Below, one piece after another: positions 51,606-61,264 of a stretch of 64,000 bases of DNA. Location of the stretch: positions 192,001 through 256,000 of the forward strand of contig CAVTQK010000015.1 in the NCBI GenBank assembly GCA_963736855.1, given 5' to 3'. The notes beneath the pieces were generated by a model that worked only from the letters and a program-made list of their open reading frames with translations, was not told the origin of the DNA and did not search any database. Both the position numbers and the translations under genes were made by a program. Within the stretch, counting starts at the first letter, position 1, and every line of letters begins with the position of its first letter. Source of the DNA: an uncultured delta proteobacterium. Lineage in GTDB: Bacteria; Desulfobacterota; Desulfobacteria; Desulfobacterales; UBA2156.

Positions 51606-52457
51606 ATGAAAAACGTCGGTATCTTTTACCACTCCTCTTTCAGCCGCAAGAGTTACATGACTATCGGCAACCGGCTGCGGGATTTCCCCGAGGTGTTGGA
51701 TCTCTTGCTGCAACGGCCCAACGTGCGCCTGTTTGAAGCCCCCCGGGCCTCGGATGATCTCATCCTCAAGGTCCACGCCCCGGAGATGCTCACCATGGTG
51801 GCTCGGGACGGCTTTTGCTCTACGGCCTACGAATCCGTGGGCTCAGTGGTGGCGGGCATGGAGGCCCTGGCAAAGGAAGAGATCGACCGGGCTTTCTGTT
51901 TCATCGGGGCCGGGGGCCACCACGCCGGCTACGACCAGTTCTGGGGAGCCTGTTGCTTCAACGACGTGGTCATTGCCCTGACCCACACCCGGGAGATCAG
52001 TTCCTGGCGGCGCTTCGCCATTTTCGACACCGACGCCCACCACGGCGACGGCACCCGCCAGTTGGTCCAGGACGATCCGGAGGTGCTGCATATTTGTTTC
52101 TGTGGTCAAAACTATCATTCCCGGGACGGCAGCAAGATCGACATCAACGTTTACCGGTCGTACGATCACGGCGACCCTAACGCCCAATATCTCGAACAGG
52201 TGCGGAAAAATGCAGCCCTGGTGCCGCCCTTTAAGCCGGATCTCCTCGTCTGGTACTACGGCTTCGACACCCACGAAGACGATTACGGCTCTCTGGGTCT
52301 GAGCGAAGCGGCCTACTTCGACATCTGTGACCTGATGATCACCACCGCGGCGAAGGCTGATGTCCCCCTGCAGGTGGTCCTGGGGGGCGGTTCGCTCTCC
52401 CACCTGGCCACCGCCACCATCCCGGAGATCATCCGCCGCCTGGCGGAATCCTTATGA
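51606..52457 (+). CDS. Divergent HDAC/arginase-fold deacylase
   Basis: GGHHAG, CCFND, DTDAHHGDG, GFDTHEDD; LGGGS replaces LEGGY. Confidence 0.8.
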   Translation: MKNVGIFYHSSFSRKSYMTIGNRLRDFPEVLDLLLQRPNVRLFEAPRASDDLILKVHAPEMLTMVARDGFCSTAYESVGSVVAGMEALAKEEIDRAFCFIGAGGHHAGYDQFWGACCFNDVVIALTHTREISSWRRFAIFDTDAHHGDGTRQLVQDDPEVLHICFCGQNYHSRDGSKIDINVYRSYDHGDPNAQYLEQVRKNAALVPPFKPDLLVWYYGFDTHEDDYGSLGLSEAAYFDICDLMITTAAKADVPLQVVLGGGSLSHLATATIPEIIRRLAESL

Positions 52458-52603
52458 AGATCAACAAGAACGTTATAGTCAACGTCATAAATAACTTGAT
52501 ATACGGGTCAGTATCTTCTGACATACGGGTTTGAAATTCGAAAATTTTTTTACTGCTACCGTATTTTCAAGTGTAGAATCGACTGGATCATGGAGGGCAG
52601 ACC

Positions 52604-53737
52604 ATGTCGCTCAAGAATCCCAAGCGCAGGATAGGTGCTTTGGCTTTTCCCCGGCGATCACTTCCGGGAAGCGCCCCTGGAACTCTGATACTCGATCCCC
52701 AGGCTCCAAAGCCCATAATCCGAGTTGTTGCGTTCGGACCCGATAAAGTGATCGAGAAGGATGTCGAAGACCTGCAAACAGTCCAGACGCTTTTCAATGA
52801 ATGGCCGGTGACATGGATCAATGTTATAGGACTGGGCGACCTCTCGATCATCATGAAACTGGGCGATATTTTCAATATCCATCGGCTGGCTCTCGAGGAT
52901 GTTATCAACGTTCATCAGAGGCCCAAAGTGGAGCAGTACAAGGGTTATTGCTATATCGTCATTCGAGGGGTCGGGGATATCGAAAAGCAAGTCACCGAAC
53001 AGATCAGTATTTTCCTGGGTAAAAAGTTTGTGCTCACTTTTCAGGAGCGCGCCGGCAATTATTTCGATCTTGTGCTCGATCGTATCCGCGCAGGTACCGG
53101 CCGGATGCGCATTGCCGGGCCGGATCATCTGACCTATGCTTTGATCGACGCAATTATCGACTGCTATTTTCCGGTTCTGGAGAGGTATGGCGAACGGGTG
53201 GATTCTCTGGAAGACGCTATCGTCGCACAGCCTAACAGTAACCTCATCGGACAAATTCACGATATGAGGCATGGTCTGCTCACTTTGCGGCGCGCCGCCT
53301 GGCCGCTGCGTGAAGCCATGAACATACTCTATCGCGAGCCGATTCCATTGATCGACGAAGAGGAGCGGCTTTACCTCAGAGACTCTTACGATCACACGGT
53401 TCAGATCATTGATTTGTTGGAAAATTATCGTGACGTGACTTCAGGATTGATGGAAGTATATCTCTCCAGTATCAGCAACCGCACTAACGAGATTATGAAG
53501 GTTCTGACGATCCTTACAGCGATATTTGTCCCCCTTACGCTTATCTCCGGTATTTACGGAATGAACTTTAATACCCAGGCTTCGCCATGGAATATGCCCG
53601 AGCTGGGATGGCGCTGGGGCTACCCGTTTGCTTTGGGTCTTATGGCTCTGGTAGCCGTTATCCTGTTGCTGTTCTTCAAAAGAAAAGGATGGATAGGTTC
53701 TCCCGTTAAGCGCCCTCCTTCCGAGAATCAGACATAA
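52604..53737 (+). CDS. corA: Magnesium/cobalt transporter CorA
   Basis: WINVIG, QRPKVE, TNEIMKVLT, GIYGMNF, MPEL.W. Confidence 0.95.
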   Translation: MSLKNPKRRIGALAFPRRSLPGSAPGTLILDPQAPKPIIRVVAFGPDKVIEKDVEDLQTVQTLFNEWPVTWINVIGLGDLSIIMKLGDIFNIHRLALEDVINVHQRPKVEQYKGYCYIVIRGVGDIEKQVTEQISIFLGKKFVLTFQERAGNYFDLVLDRIRAGTGRMRIAGPDHLTYALIDAIIDCYFPVLERYGERVDSLEDAIVAQPNSNLIGQIHDMRHGLLTLRRAAWPLREAMNILYREPIPLIDEEERLYLRDSYDHTVQIIDLLENYRDVTSGLMEVYLSSISNRTNEIMKVLTILTAIFVPLTLISGIYGMNFNTQASPWNMPELGWRWGYPFALGLMALVAVILLLFFKRKGWIGSPVKRPPSENQT

Positions 53738-53814
53738 TTTTTTTAGTCCATCAATTTACCGCATCGCCGCAAATTCGTGGTTACATCCCAGCAAAGACAA
53801 ATTGGGTGGGAAAG

Positions 53815-54102
53815 ATGAAACCGGACCTGAAACAGGGAAACCGGGTCAAAGCCCTTCAAGAGCTGATCGCTCAAGAGAATCTTATTGATGAGCGCGTGGA
53901 TGCAGAGGGAAACCGGTGGCGGAAGGTATATTTCGGTGGTGGAGAGCATTGCCGAAACTGGCTCGTGCAGTTCAAGGAACTTGGTGACGTAAGAGTTGAA
54001 GCAGTGGATTCTGAAGGGTTCAGGTGTTTCAAAGAGGGTGGGGAAAAGCTTTGCAGGGTCTGGTTAAAGATGGACGAATCCGGACTGGATGATCTGTTCT
54101 GA
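53815..54102 (+). CDS. Hypothetical protein
   Basis: 95-aa ORF downstream of corA, WRKVYFGGG. Confidence 0.5.
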   Translation: MKPDLKQGNRVKALQELIAQENLIDERVDAEGNRWRKVYFGGGEHCRNWLVQFKELGDVRVEAVDSEGFRCFKEGGEKLCRVWLKMDESGLDDLF

Positions 54103-54145
54103 AAAAACCAGCCGTTGGCCTTGGTGTATTATATGAAGGTGTCTG

Positions 54146-54442
54146 TTATGCCATAATTTCTTTTATTGGCAATATTTGCTTGCCATGGCGGATCGTAAGG
54201 ATAGATATTTGTTCCGCTTCAATACGATAAATTATACGGTAATTACCGTAAATAAGCTCCCTAAATTGATTGTTTCTAATTTCGGGAACAATCCTACCGA
54301 TTTCCGGGGAAGATTTTAGTTGCTCAACTTTTGAAAATACTGTTTTAATCCATTTTTCTGCTGCTGATGGTTTGTCTTGGGCAATATAGCCTGCGATTTC
54401 TGAAGCCCTATCGACAGCCAGCGGTGACCAGACGATGTTCAT
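54146..54442 (-). CDS. Type II TA toxin, RelE/ParE family
   Basis: IVWSPLA..IAGYIAQDKPSAA, GRIVPE, RELIYGNYRIIYRI, IRHG. Confidence 0.9.
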   Translation of the reverse strand: MNIVWSPLAVDRASEIAGYIAQDKPSAAEKWIKTVFSKVEQLKSSPEIGRIVPEIRNNQFRELIYGNYRIIYRIEAEQISILTIRHGKQILPIKEIMA

Positions 54443-54720
54443 TTTTGGACTCGCTTTAAAACTTTGTCCATTGCATCCTCATGATCTATACCTTGTCCAT
54501 TTTCGATCTGGCTTAAGGATATCTGAACATCCGTTAAAAGTTCAATTTTCTCTTGCATCGTTTCAAATTCATGTGCGTCTATAAGAACAGCAACGCCTTT
54601 TCCATGCTGAGTAATTATCAAAGGTCTTTTTGTATCGTGGACTTGCTTGATAAAATTTGCGATGCCGGTTCTTATCTCAGACAACGGTTTGATATCCTGG
54701 TTAATTTTTAGTCTTTGCAT
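54439..54720 (-). CDS. Type II TA antitoxin, Phd/YefM family
   Basis: DIKPLSEIR, RPLIITQHGKGVAVL; 4-nt overlap with the toxin. Confidence 0.9.
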   Translation of the reverse strand: MQRLKINQDIKPLSEIRTGIANFIKQVHDTKRPLIITQHGKGVAVLIDAHEFETMQEKIELLTDVQISLSQIENGQGIDHEDAMDKVLKRVQK

Positions 54721-54743
54721 CTTGCACCTCATTTCAGTTCTTA

Positions 54744-54781
54744 TTTTTGTACAATATAACGTACAAAAAAGATGCATGCAA
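54744..54781 (-). promoter_or_regulatory. TA promoter and operator palindrome
   Basis: TTGCAT-N17-TATATT; TTTTTGTAC-N8-GTACAAAAA straddles the -10. Confidence 0.75.
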
Positions 54782-54795
54782 GATATTTTTTAGGG

Positions 54796-54851
54796 GCATA
54801 ACGAAAAAATCAGCCGGAGCGTAGCGATCGGCTGAATTGATTTTGCTCGGT
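54796..54851 (-). other. attC site (R'' mutated: ACCGAGC)
   Basis: ACCGAGC-AAAAT-CAATTCAGCCG...CGGCTGATT-TTTTC-GTTATGC. Confidence 0.75.
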
Positions 54852-54867
54852 GTGCACATTTTCAATC

Positions 54868-55609
54868 CTATCTCTTTCCGATAACTTTCTGGATCAGCGA
54901 CGGAACAACCCTGTTGAGAAATAGTACAAGTTTTGTTCGCCCCGGCTTGATCTCGTAATTGTCCATTTCTATATTGCGGATGACTTCTCTTGCCAAGATG
55001 TCTGGCGATATTTTACCGGCATCGTTCTCACGCCCCTTCGTCATATCAGTATCAACAAGCGGTGTAATGATCTCAAACACTTTAACAGGGGTACCCTGTA
55101 GTTGATAACGAAGGGATTTAGAAAAAGCATGAAGGGCCGCCTTTGTAGCACAGTATATTGGTGCACTACTTTTTGGCACAATTCCAAGAAAAGATGAAAC
55201 ATTAATGATTGCTGCTTCAGACGCCTTCACAAGATTCGACAAAACAAGTCTTAGTTAGGCGAGCTACTGCTTTAAAATTGATGTCAATCTCTTCGTCAAT
55301 CTTTTTTAGCGCATTCTCATCCTTAAGAAAATCATATTGGTGTTGAATTCCTGCGTTGTTGACGAGGATATTAAGCGATTGGAAATTGGCTGTTAAATGA
55401 TCAAGCATTTGATTAACTTCAATTGGATTCGAAACATCACATTGGATAGTATGAATACCAGGGTATTGTTTCTTGACCCAATCCAATTTATTGATATTTC
55501 GGCCGCAGACAATAACAGTGTTCATATTTTCTAAGAATACTTTAGCAATCGATAAACCGATCCCAGATGCACCGCCGGTCACAAGAACAGTATTTCCTTC
55601 GATTTTCAT
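54868..55609 (-). pseudogene. Short-chain dehydrogenase (DltE-like) cassette gene, +1 frameshift near 55245
   Basis: TGGASGIG and NNAG in ORF 55217-55609; NVSS and YCATK in ORF 54868-55242. Confidence 0.85.
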
Positions 55610-55624
55610 AATTTCATTCCATTT

Positions 55625-56017
55625 CTATTTCACCGAACTGCCAATTGAGTCGCCCAGAACCCGCTTTCGAACCTCGTCACGAAGATAATCTAGCAACTCT
55701 GATGGACTCACCATTCGCCGTTGTGTCTCGATCCTCACCCAACTCAACAATTCCAGTCGCATGGAAAGCACCATGCTTTCGGTGCTAAGTGCCAGCGTGG
55801 AGCCGCAAGGACAATTAGCCATCGCCATGGACCCGATGGGCTGCGTGGTTTTCCAATCTCCAATTTCTGCATCGTAGGACATGGGCGGTCCAATACGTGT
55901 GGTGATCTGTATATACTCCCGGAGCGTGGCAAAACTCCGATTACAGTTTGGGCAGATCTTTGGGAAAAGGCTCTCAAAGTGTTCGCGCAAGGTCTGGACT
56001 ACTTCATCTTCGGTCAT
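55625..56017 (-). CDS. Hypothetical Cys-containing (CxxC, CxC) cassette protein
   Basis: FPKICPNCNR, NCPCGSTL; starts just after the GTTAGGA core site. Confidence 0.7.
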   Translation of the reverse strand: MTEDEVVQTLREHFESLFPKICPNCNRSFATLREYIQITTRIGPPMSYDAEIGDWKTTQPIGSMAMANCPCGSTLALSTESMVLSMRLELLSWVRIETQRRMVSPSELLDYLRDEVRKRVLGDSIGSSVK

Positions 56018-56027
56018 GTTGGCGGCT

Positions 56028-56119
56028 TCCTAACGATAGCGATAACCGGCACGCGCTGGCACTGGCTTTCGTGTCACTTCTGCCTTGCTGGCGAGTGTCC
56101 GGTTCATTGCCTGTAAAGA
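56028..56119 (-). other. attC site (R'' mutated: TCTTTAC)
   Basis: TCTTTAC-AGGCA-ATGAACCGGACAC...GTGCCGGTTAT-CGCTATC-GTTAGGA. Confidence 0.8.
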
Positions 56120-56160
56120 TCTTTCAAGCATCTTCCTTCATTACTAATCTCTTACGGCTA

Positions 56161-56616
56161 CTATATGTATCGAGGCGAGTCTTTCGACTCTTCGTAGTAC
56201 GCCTCGACGCCGATTTCCTTCATTAAATTATTCATTTTGATCCATCTCTCTTTCAGATTTGGATCAAAATTGGTTTTCTCGCACGGGTACTCGTTGCACT
56301 GAAAACAAAAATCGATACCTCTTTTCTTAGAGCATGGAGCAACACCACAGTTCGGGTATATACAGTCCCCATTGCGGCATCCTTTACAACCGGCTTGCGC
56401 GAAATGGTCTAACAATTTCTTAAAGGAAGGGTAGTTATCAAAAACTGCGTTAAAACGGGAGAATCTTTCAGCGTAACTATCAAAAGCTCCGAGTAATCTC
56501 TTTAGCTCACCGGCATTCCTTTTTATCTCTCCGTCAACATAGGCCAAGCATTTGGAACAGTTCAAACCGCAAGGCGCAAGCACTTTTACAATATCATCGT
56601 AGTTCATAGTTTTCAT
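56161..56616 (-). CDS. Cys-rich DUF3795-like cassette protein
   Basis: APCGLNCSKC, CKGCR..DC...C...C..KRG..FCFQC.EYPC. Confidence 0.75.
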   Translation of the reverse strand: MKTMNYDDIVKVLAPCGLNCSKCLAYVDGEIKRNAGELKRLLGAFDSYAERFSRFNAVFDNYPSFKKLLDHFAQAGCKGCRNGDCIYPNCGVAPCSKKRGIDFCFQCNEYPCEKTNFDPNLKERWIKMNNLMKEIGVEAYYEESKDSPRYI

Positions 56617-56626
56617 CCTCTTTCTG

Positions 56627-56685
56627 CTCTAATGATGCGGGTGAGACGCTCGGCTCACCGCTTCGCCTCCACCCGTTGGTTCGAT
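56627..56685 (-). other. attC site (R' mutated: ATTAGAG), overlapping the end of the upstream gene
   Basis: ATCGAAC-CAACG-GGTGGAGGCG...CGTCTCACCC-GCATC-ATTAGAG. Confidence 0.75.
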
Positions 56686-57155
56686 GCTCCTCGTTCCATA
56701 ATCGTCGAGATTGCAAAGCCATCTGCGAGCGCAATCAGAGCCCAGAAAATGAGTTCTATTGCGATGAGACCGAAGGGTTCGCCGAATTGGTTGAAAGGTG
56801 TGAAGAACTCCCAGAAAACGAATGTCATCACAAAGACGATCAGGGCGAAGGAAAGACCACGTTTCGCGATGCCCGTCGGCCACGCGGAGCAAAGCCAGCG
56901 GTAGAGATATGCGTGCACAACTCCGAAGACGATAATGCCCAGGATGATAGGGATGGGGCGATTCACGACGAGAGGCAGAGGCTCAAGCTCGGTCCACACG
57001 GCGATGAGTTTCCTGCTCTGAAAGGATTGATTGAGCAGGATTCCATCTCCGTTCACTCCGAACCCTATGAATCGGAATGTGAGTAGCATAACGACGTTCA
57101 TTGCGAAACCGCCCGCAACACCGGCAAGAACCGTTTTGACATGAGATGGCTTCAT
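56655..57155 (-). CDS. Hypothetical 4-TM membrane cassette protein
   Basis: 166 aa with four hydrophobic helices, between core sites. Confidence 0.7.
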   Translation of the reverse strand: MKPSHVKTVLAGVAGGFAMNVVMLLTFRFIGFGVNGDGILLNQSFQSRKLIAVWTELEPLPLVVNRPIPIILGIIVFGVVHAYLYRWLCSAWPTGIAKRGLSFALIVFVMTFVFWEFFTPFNQFGEPFGLIAIELIFWALIALADGFAISTIMERGASNQRVEAKR

Positions 57156-57161
57156 CTTATC

Positions 57162-57215
57162 ATCGTACGGCGGAGGTCAGCGGTGGCGAAGCCATCCGCT
57201 GGAGAGATGTTGGAC
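57162..57215 (-). other. attC site (R' mutated: GTACGAT)
   Basis: GTCCAAC-ATCTC-TCCAGCGGATGGC-TTC-GCCACCGCTGA-CCTCCGCC-GTACGAT. Confidence 0.8.
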
Positions 57216-57275
57216 CAAGATGGGATGGCATTTCCCTTGGCCTGGATTGCTAGTCCAGAAACGAAACCTTCTTTT

Positions 57276-57545
57276 TCACCATCTTTCCGTTCTGATACGT
57301 ACAAAGCAGGTCGACCTTGGAAAAGCCCACCCATCTGAAGCAACCAATGTCGTGGGGTTTCTCTCGGATTTAGAAACGTTCAAACCGAGTCCCCGCGCTA
57401 AGGATTCGGCAGTTTCAATAGGGGTGTTTACGGAGATCTGCTGGGAAAAATCATCAATCCGTGTTTCCGCCTCATGGACTTGCCGAAAAGGATAAGCCAG
57501 TAAGAGGAGAATCGATACTGCAATTATTATGGCTTTCATTTTCAT
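57276..57545 (-). CDS. Small exported hypothetical cassette protein, possibly frameshifted near its 3' end
   Basis: MKMKAIIIAVSILLLLAY signal-like N-terminus just after the GTTGGAC core site. Confidence 0.5.
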   Translation of the reverse strand: MKMKAIIIAVSILLLLAYPFRQVHEAETRIDDFSQQISVNTPIETAESLARGLGLNVSKSERNPTTLVASDGWAFPRSTCFVRIRTERW

Positions 57546-57560
57546 TCTTATTCTCTCAAG

Positions 57561-57629
57561 GTCCAACGCTGCGCCTGAACCGCGGGAACCCGATGTGGGT
57601 CACCGTCGCGTTCCAGGCGCTTGTTGGCA
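57561..57629 (-). other. attC site (intact core triplets)
   Basis: TGCCAAC-AAGCG-CCTGGAACGCG...CGCGGTTCAGG-CGCAGC-GTTGGAC. Confidence 0.85.
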
Positions 57630-57658
57630 ACTCTGCCTCTCCAAGAAATCCCAATATT

Positions 57659-60265
57659 CTACGGATTCTCCTCAGGTTCAAGAGATGGCAGTTCAAACTG
57701 CTGCGCGACCCGATCGTCAGGTTCGTCAGGTGCGTCCTCAAGACGACCCTCCTTTAGTCTACGTTCAATGTAGGCTCGCTCATCAAAAAACCGTTTTTGC
57801 ATTACCTCCACCACGCTCGTGCAAAACGGTTGTGGTAGACGTCCCATATCAAACCTCTTGAACTCCTCCCTCTCCTGGGCCTTCAGGTAGTCAATGAAGA
57901 TTTGTGTTCGGTTGAACCGAACACGCATCCTCTCCTCCTTATCTGTTTCCCGGTCACCCAAGTTGTTGACTTCGTAGACGGACTGACGGAGGGTGCGTTC
58001 TAACTGGGAATCGTCCAACGGGGTGTCCTGAAGCACGAGATCGAGGTACGCGAATTTGTGCGCAAGATGACGAGCGTAGTACCACCCCGCCGCCGTGACA
58101 CGAACATGGCTTGCACCCAAGACACTCGTGAGTGATCGGGTGTTCGCCTCGATGAGTTGGCTCGCAACGAGCCGGTTCAAAGTGGTAGTGACATCTTGAA
58201 CATTGTCAAAGGTATCAGCAAAGAAACCAATGATCCTGGCCAGATCGACATACCCACGCCCTTCTGGATTCGATTTCCCCTCGATGGTCGAGAAGCACAG
58301 CGAGGAGCCTGATGGCAGTAAAGTGGCTGGCATTTCGTTCTCCGGTACAGTTGAAGATGTTCAATATGGGACTCTGATCCTCTTTATAGTAGGCTCGGTC
58401 TTGCAGCATCACCGACTTCAGAAACTCGTGAAATGCTACGTTGTAGCGACCATCTCTCCTGTAGATCAGGAGCGTCTTGTCAACGTCGGTTGCACCGGAC
58501 GCCAGAAACGTGGTGAACATCTGCAACGCTGACCGCATATTCCCAAAGCAGATGCATTCCATGAAGCGAGCAATGCGACGACTCCATTCCAGCACACTAA
58601 ATTGGACGATGCGGAGGAACTCACAGATGTCTTTGGTGTCGAACGTGTGCCCGCGCAACATGGTGGCCAACTTTGCTCAAGATTATCACGAGACTCAAGG
58701 GCGCGAATGCCGCATACTCAATTCGATTTCTGGATCATCGCGCGGAAATGAGGCGATGCTATATGAAACTTGTGGCTCGTGTATGCCGTAAATGCGTTCT
58801 GGATGCTGGAGGCGTAGTAGCGATTTCTCGTATCGCTATGATCGTAACGCTCGCCGCCAAACGCGTGATCTCTGCGGCAAGCAGGAATACTGCGCCTGGA
58901 TCAGTCTCGATCAGTTGGTCTACGTTGTCTATGAACAGAACGACAGTCCGTTTGTGAAACAGCCATGAGAGGCGCAAGAGGTTCGGCACGTAGTCCGACA
59001 ACTCCTGCTGCCATCTCAGCATGTATGGTCCAATGGCTTGCTCATATTCCTCTGTGTGTCTTCTTCTTGTTCCACGCAACGCAGTACGTTCCAAATTGCG
59101 TAACCTCTCCTTGAACAAAGCCTTCAGGTTCTTTCGACACTCCACATCCAAATCGCTGTATTGGGAGCGCAGAATTTCAAGGACCATTTTCCACACAAAC
59201 TGCTCAAGTCGATCAGCCGATAGAGGAGCCTTGAGGAAGTCCACATGAAATGTGAAGGCGTTCTCGTCTAAGAACCTGCGGGCGATAACCTTCTCGTAGC
59301 GTTTGAGAAATGTAGTCTTCCCCGATCCAATGCCCCCCAGCAGCAAATACAACTCACCTTGTCGCGCCGAAACCGCTCGCTTGAAGTCCGCACCGAAGCC
59401 CCCTGCATCGTCCTCTGATTGAAGAATTGGTTGTGTTCCGGCGAACGCCACGTCCTTCGGAATCGTGTCAGTAATCACAACATCTAGGTCCCCTCGGCTA
59501 CAACGCGAAGACTGCGAGTGTGAACGTAGCATGAATTAAGTAAATTCACGTCCTCCTGTGCGGCAATGTCTTCGAATATGTATTTCACGAGTGGCTGCAA
59601 CTGTGGATTGAGCCGATTTCTGTGCAGAGGAAGGTCGGCATTGAACAGCCGATCAACGACGCGATTGAAGTTCCGCGAGGCGGAAGGAAGGCGACTGAAC
59701 TCCGAATCCAGCGATCCATTAGATATGCACTCAAACGACAAGAGATTCCAGAATTCGACGAAATGCGCCTTGATGTAGTCGATCGATGGAAAGACTCGCG
59801 CTTTTCCATTTCTCCACGGCATGTCATCGCGGATAGCGCGGAAGATGATCCACGAGTAACCGTTCGTCGCTATAGCGAACTTCACTCCTTGATCGTCACA
59901 GTACTGCCGGACTTGGCGAATGGTTTCGTCCACGGCAGGATCAGTGACAAGAGCGCCGTTCAGACTTGGCGAGTGGGGAGTCGGTACGTTTCAGGAAGGA
60001 CAAAGGCTATACCTTCGCGCTTGGCCTCAACCACGACGTACTGGGTTTGCCTCACTCTCAGTTGATAATCTGTGTATCCGCTCTGAACATGGTCCTCTCG
60101 GCTGATTGCTGATTCTGGCCAGAAACATACTTCCTTCAAGATGCGGTCTATGAGCTTAACACGCGTATCAGCTTCGCTTGTCCCTCCTTTGCCCGCGACG
60201 AAAACAGAGAAGTCGGCGGTAATGGCGTTGAGACGTTCTAGAGCTTCGTCGGCTGGATTAGTCAT
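57659..60265 (-). pseudogene. HsdR_N-type PD-(D/E)XK nuclease fused to a P-loop NTPase (about 870 aa), broken by at least 4 frameshifts
   Basis: EADTRVKLID, TDYQL, VVEAKR, QVRQY, IATNG.SW; Walker A GGIGSGKTT; Walker B LFIDNVD; spread over five ORF fragments. Confidence 0.8.
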
Positions 60266-61181
60266 AACATAACCCTCCTCGTACCTGGCACCCTTTCGTT
60301 CTGTTGCCAACATTATCAATATCTGGAAAAAATTACTCGATATCGTCCTTATAGCCTGTCAAATATTACATATATGCTCATACCTGAATCTTTCACCAAA
60401 CTCCTTATAAATCAACGTGAGACCTGTAAAACCTTATGACTAAACAGTTCACGCGAATCAGAAATAAAGCCTATTTTTACCAACGAGGTAAAAACTCTCT
60501 ATCGACTTTCAGCAAATACAGGCCAGTATTGGTCTGGTAGAAACACTCTCGAAGCCAGTAAATTCGGGCTCTCACAAATAGGTTCATTTTGATATATTTA
60601 TAACACAATGAAAATACACAGAAATTTAACCGTGCAAAAAATTTCTTGCACGGAAAATTAAAAAAAGCGTGCAAGATTCAGGTCATAACAGATCAGTTAA
60701 TATGGAAAATGTCGTTCAACCTTTCCATCTATCACATTTTATGCGGCTAAATACGGAATTCGCAGTAAAGTCTCAATATTGCTCCTGGGCTGACTTTCGG
60801 ATGTGGGAGACGAGGCTTGCCGCATCCGTGGCATTCTTGACAGTAGATGGTCCGTATGCGAACCCGGTCTCAGCGGTCCCGATCCTCGGGCCATCGCCGG
60901 AAACAGCGGCCACTGAATGATCTTCCCTTTTATTGGGGTTGAATCGGTTGGACGGTTTGACTTCATCGGCGGTTCCTTTTGGTTAGGAGGATGAAAAATC
61001 TGGAACCTGTATGGCAAAATAAAACAAAGACCCTTTTTGCGCAACTCGAAAGTGTTCTTTTTTGTGGGGGAGCCCTGAGGGAAAAGAATTCTATCTCAAC
61101 GGGACAAGGCTGCTTCTCATCCGAGCCTACCCCCTGGCTGGGTATCCGTTTGCCTATTAAAAGGGCCGAAATTCGTCTTGC

Positions 61182-61203
61182 CTGCTGGGAATACTGCTGG
61201 GAA
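61182..61203. repeat. Tandem 10-bp direct repeat near the tRNA-Glu 3' end (possible integrase arm-type site)
   Basis: CTGCTGGGAA-TA-CTGCTGGGAA about 60 bp from the tRNA 3' end. Confidence 0.4.
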
Positions 61204-61264
61204 ACCTGATTTTGCTAAATCAAAGGAGGGTTGTGATTGTATTCTAACCTATTGATATCATTAT

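Larger units (their letters stand above)
54145..60311 (-). mobile_element. Integron gene-cassette array without adjacent integrase (CALIN-like), 7 cassettes
   Basis: Five attC hairpins, matched R'/R'' core sites bracketing the genes, and co-oriented small genes. Confidence 0.85.

Noticed and set aside
59960..59962. TGA ending the HsdR_N fragment, and TGAs at 2968 and 55217, as possible Sec codons
   Set aside because: In each case the homologous sequence continues in a different frame, so these are frameshifts.
60477..61209. Short ORFs as a possible integron integrase
   Set aside because: Too short and lacking tyrosine-recombinase R-H-R-Y motifs.
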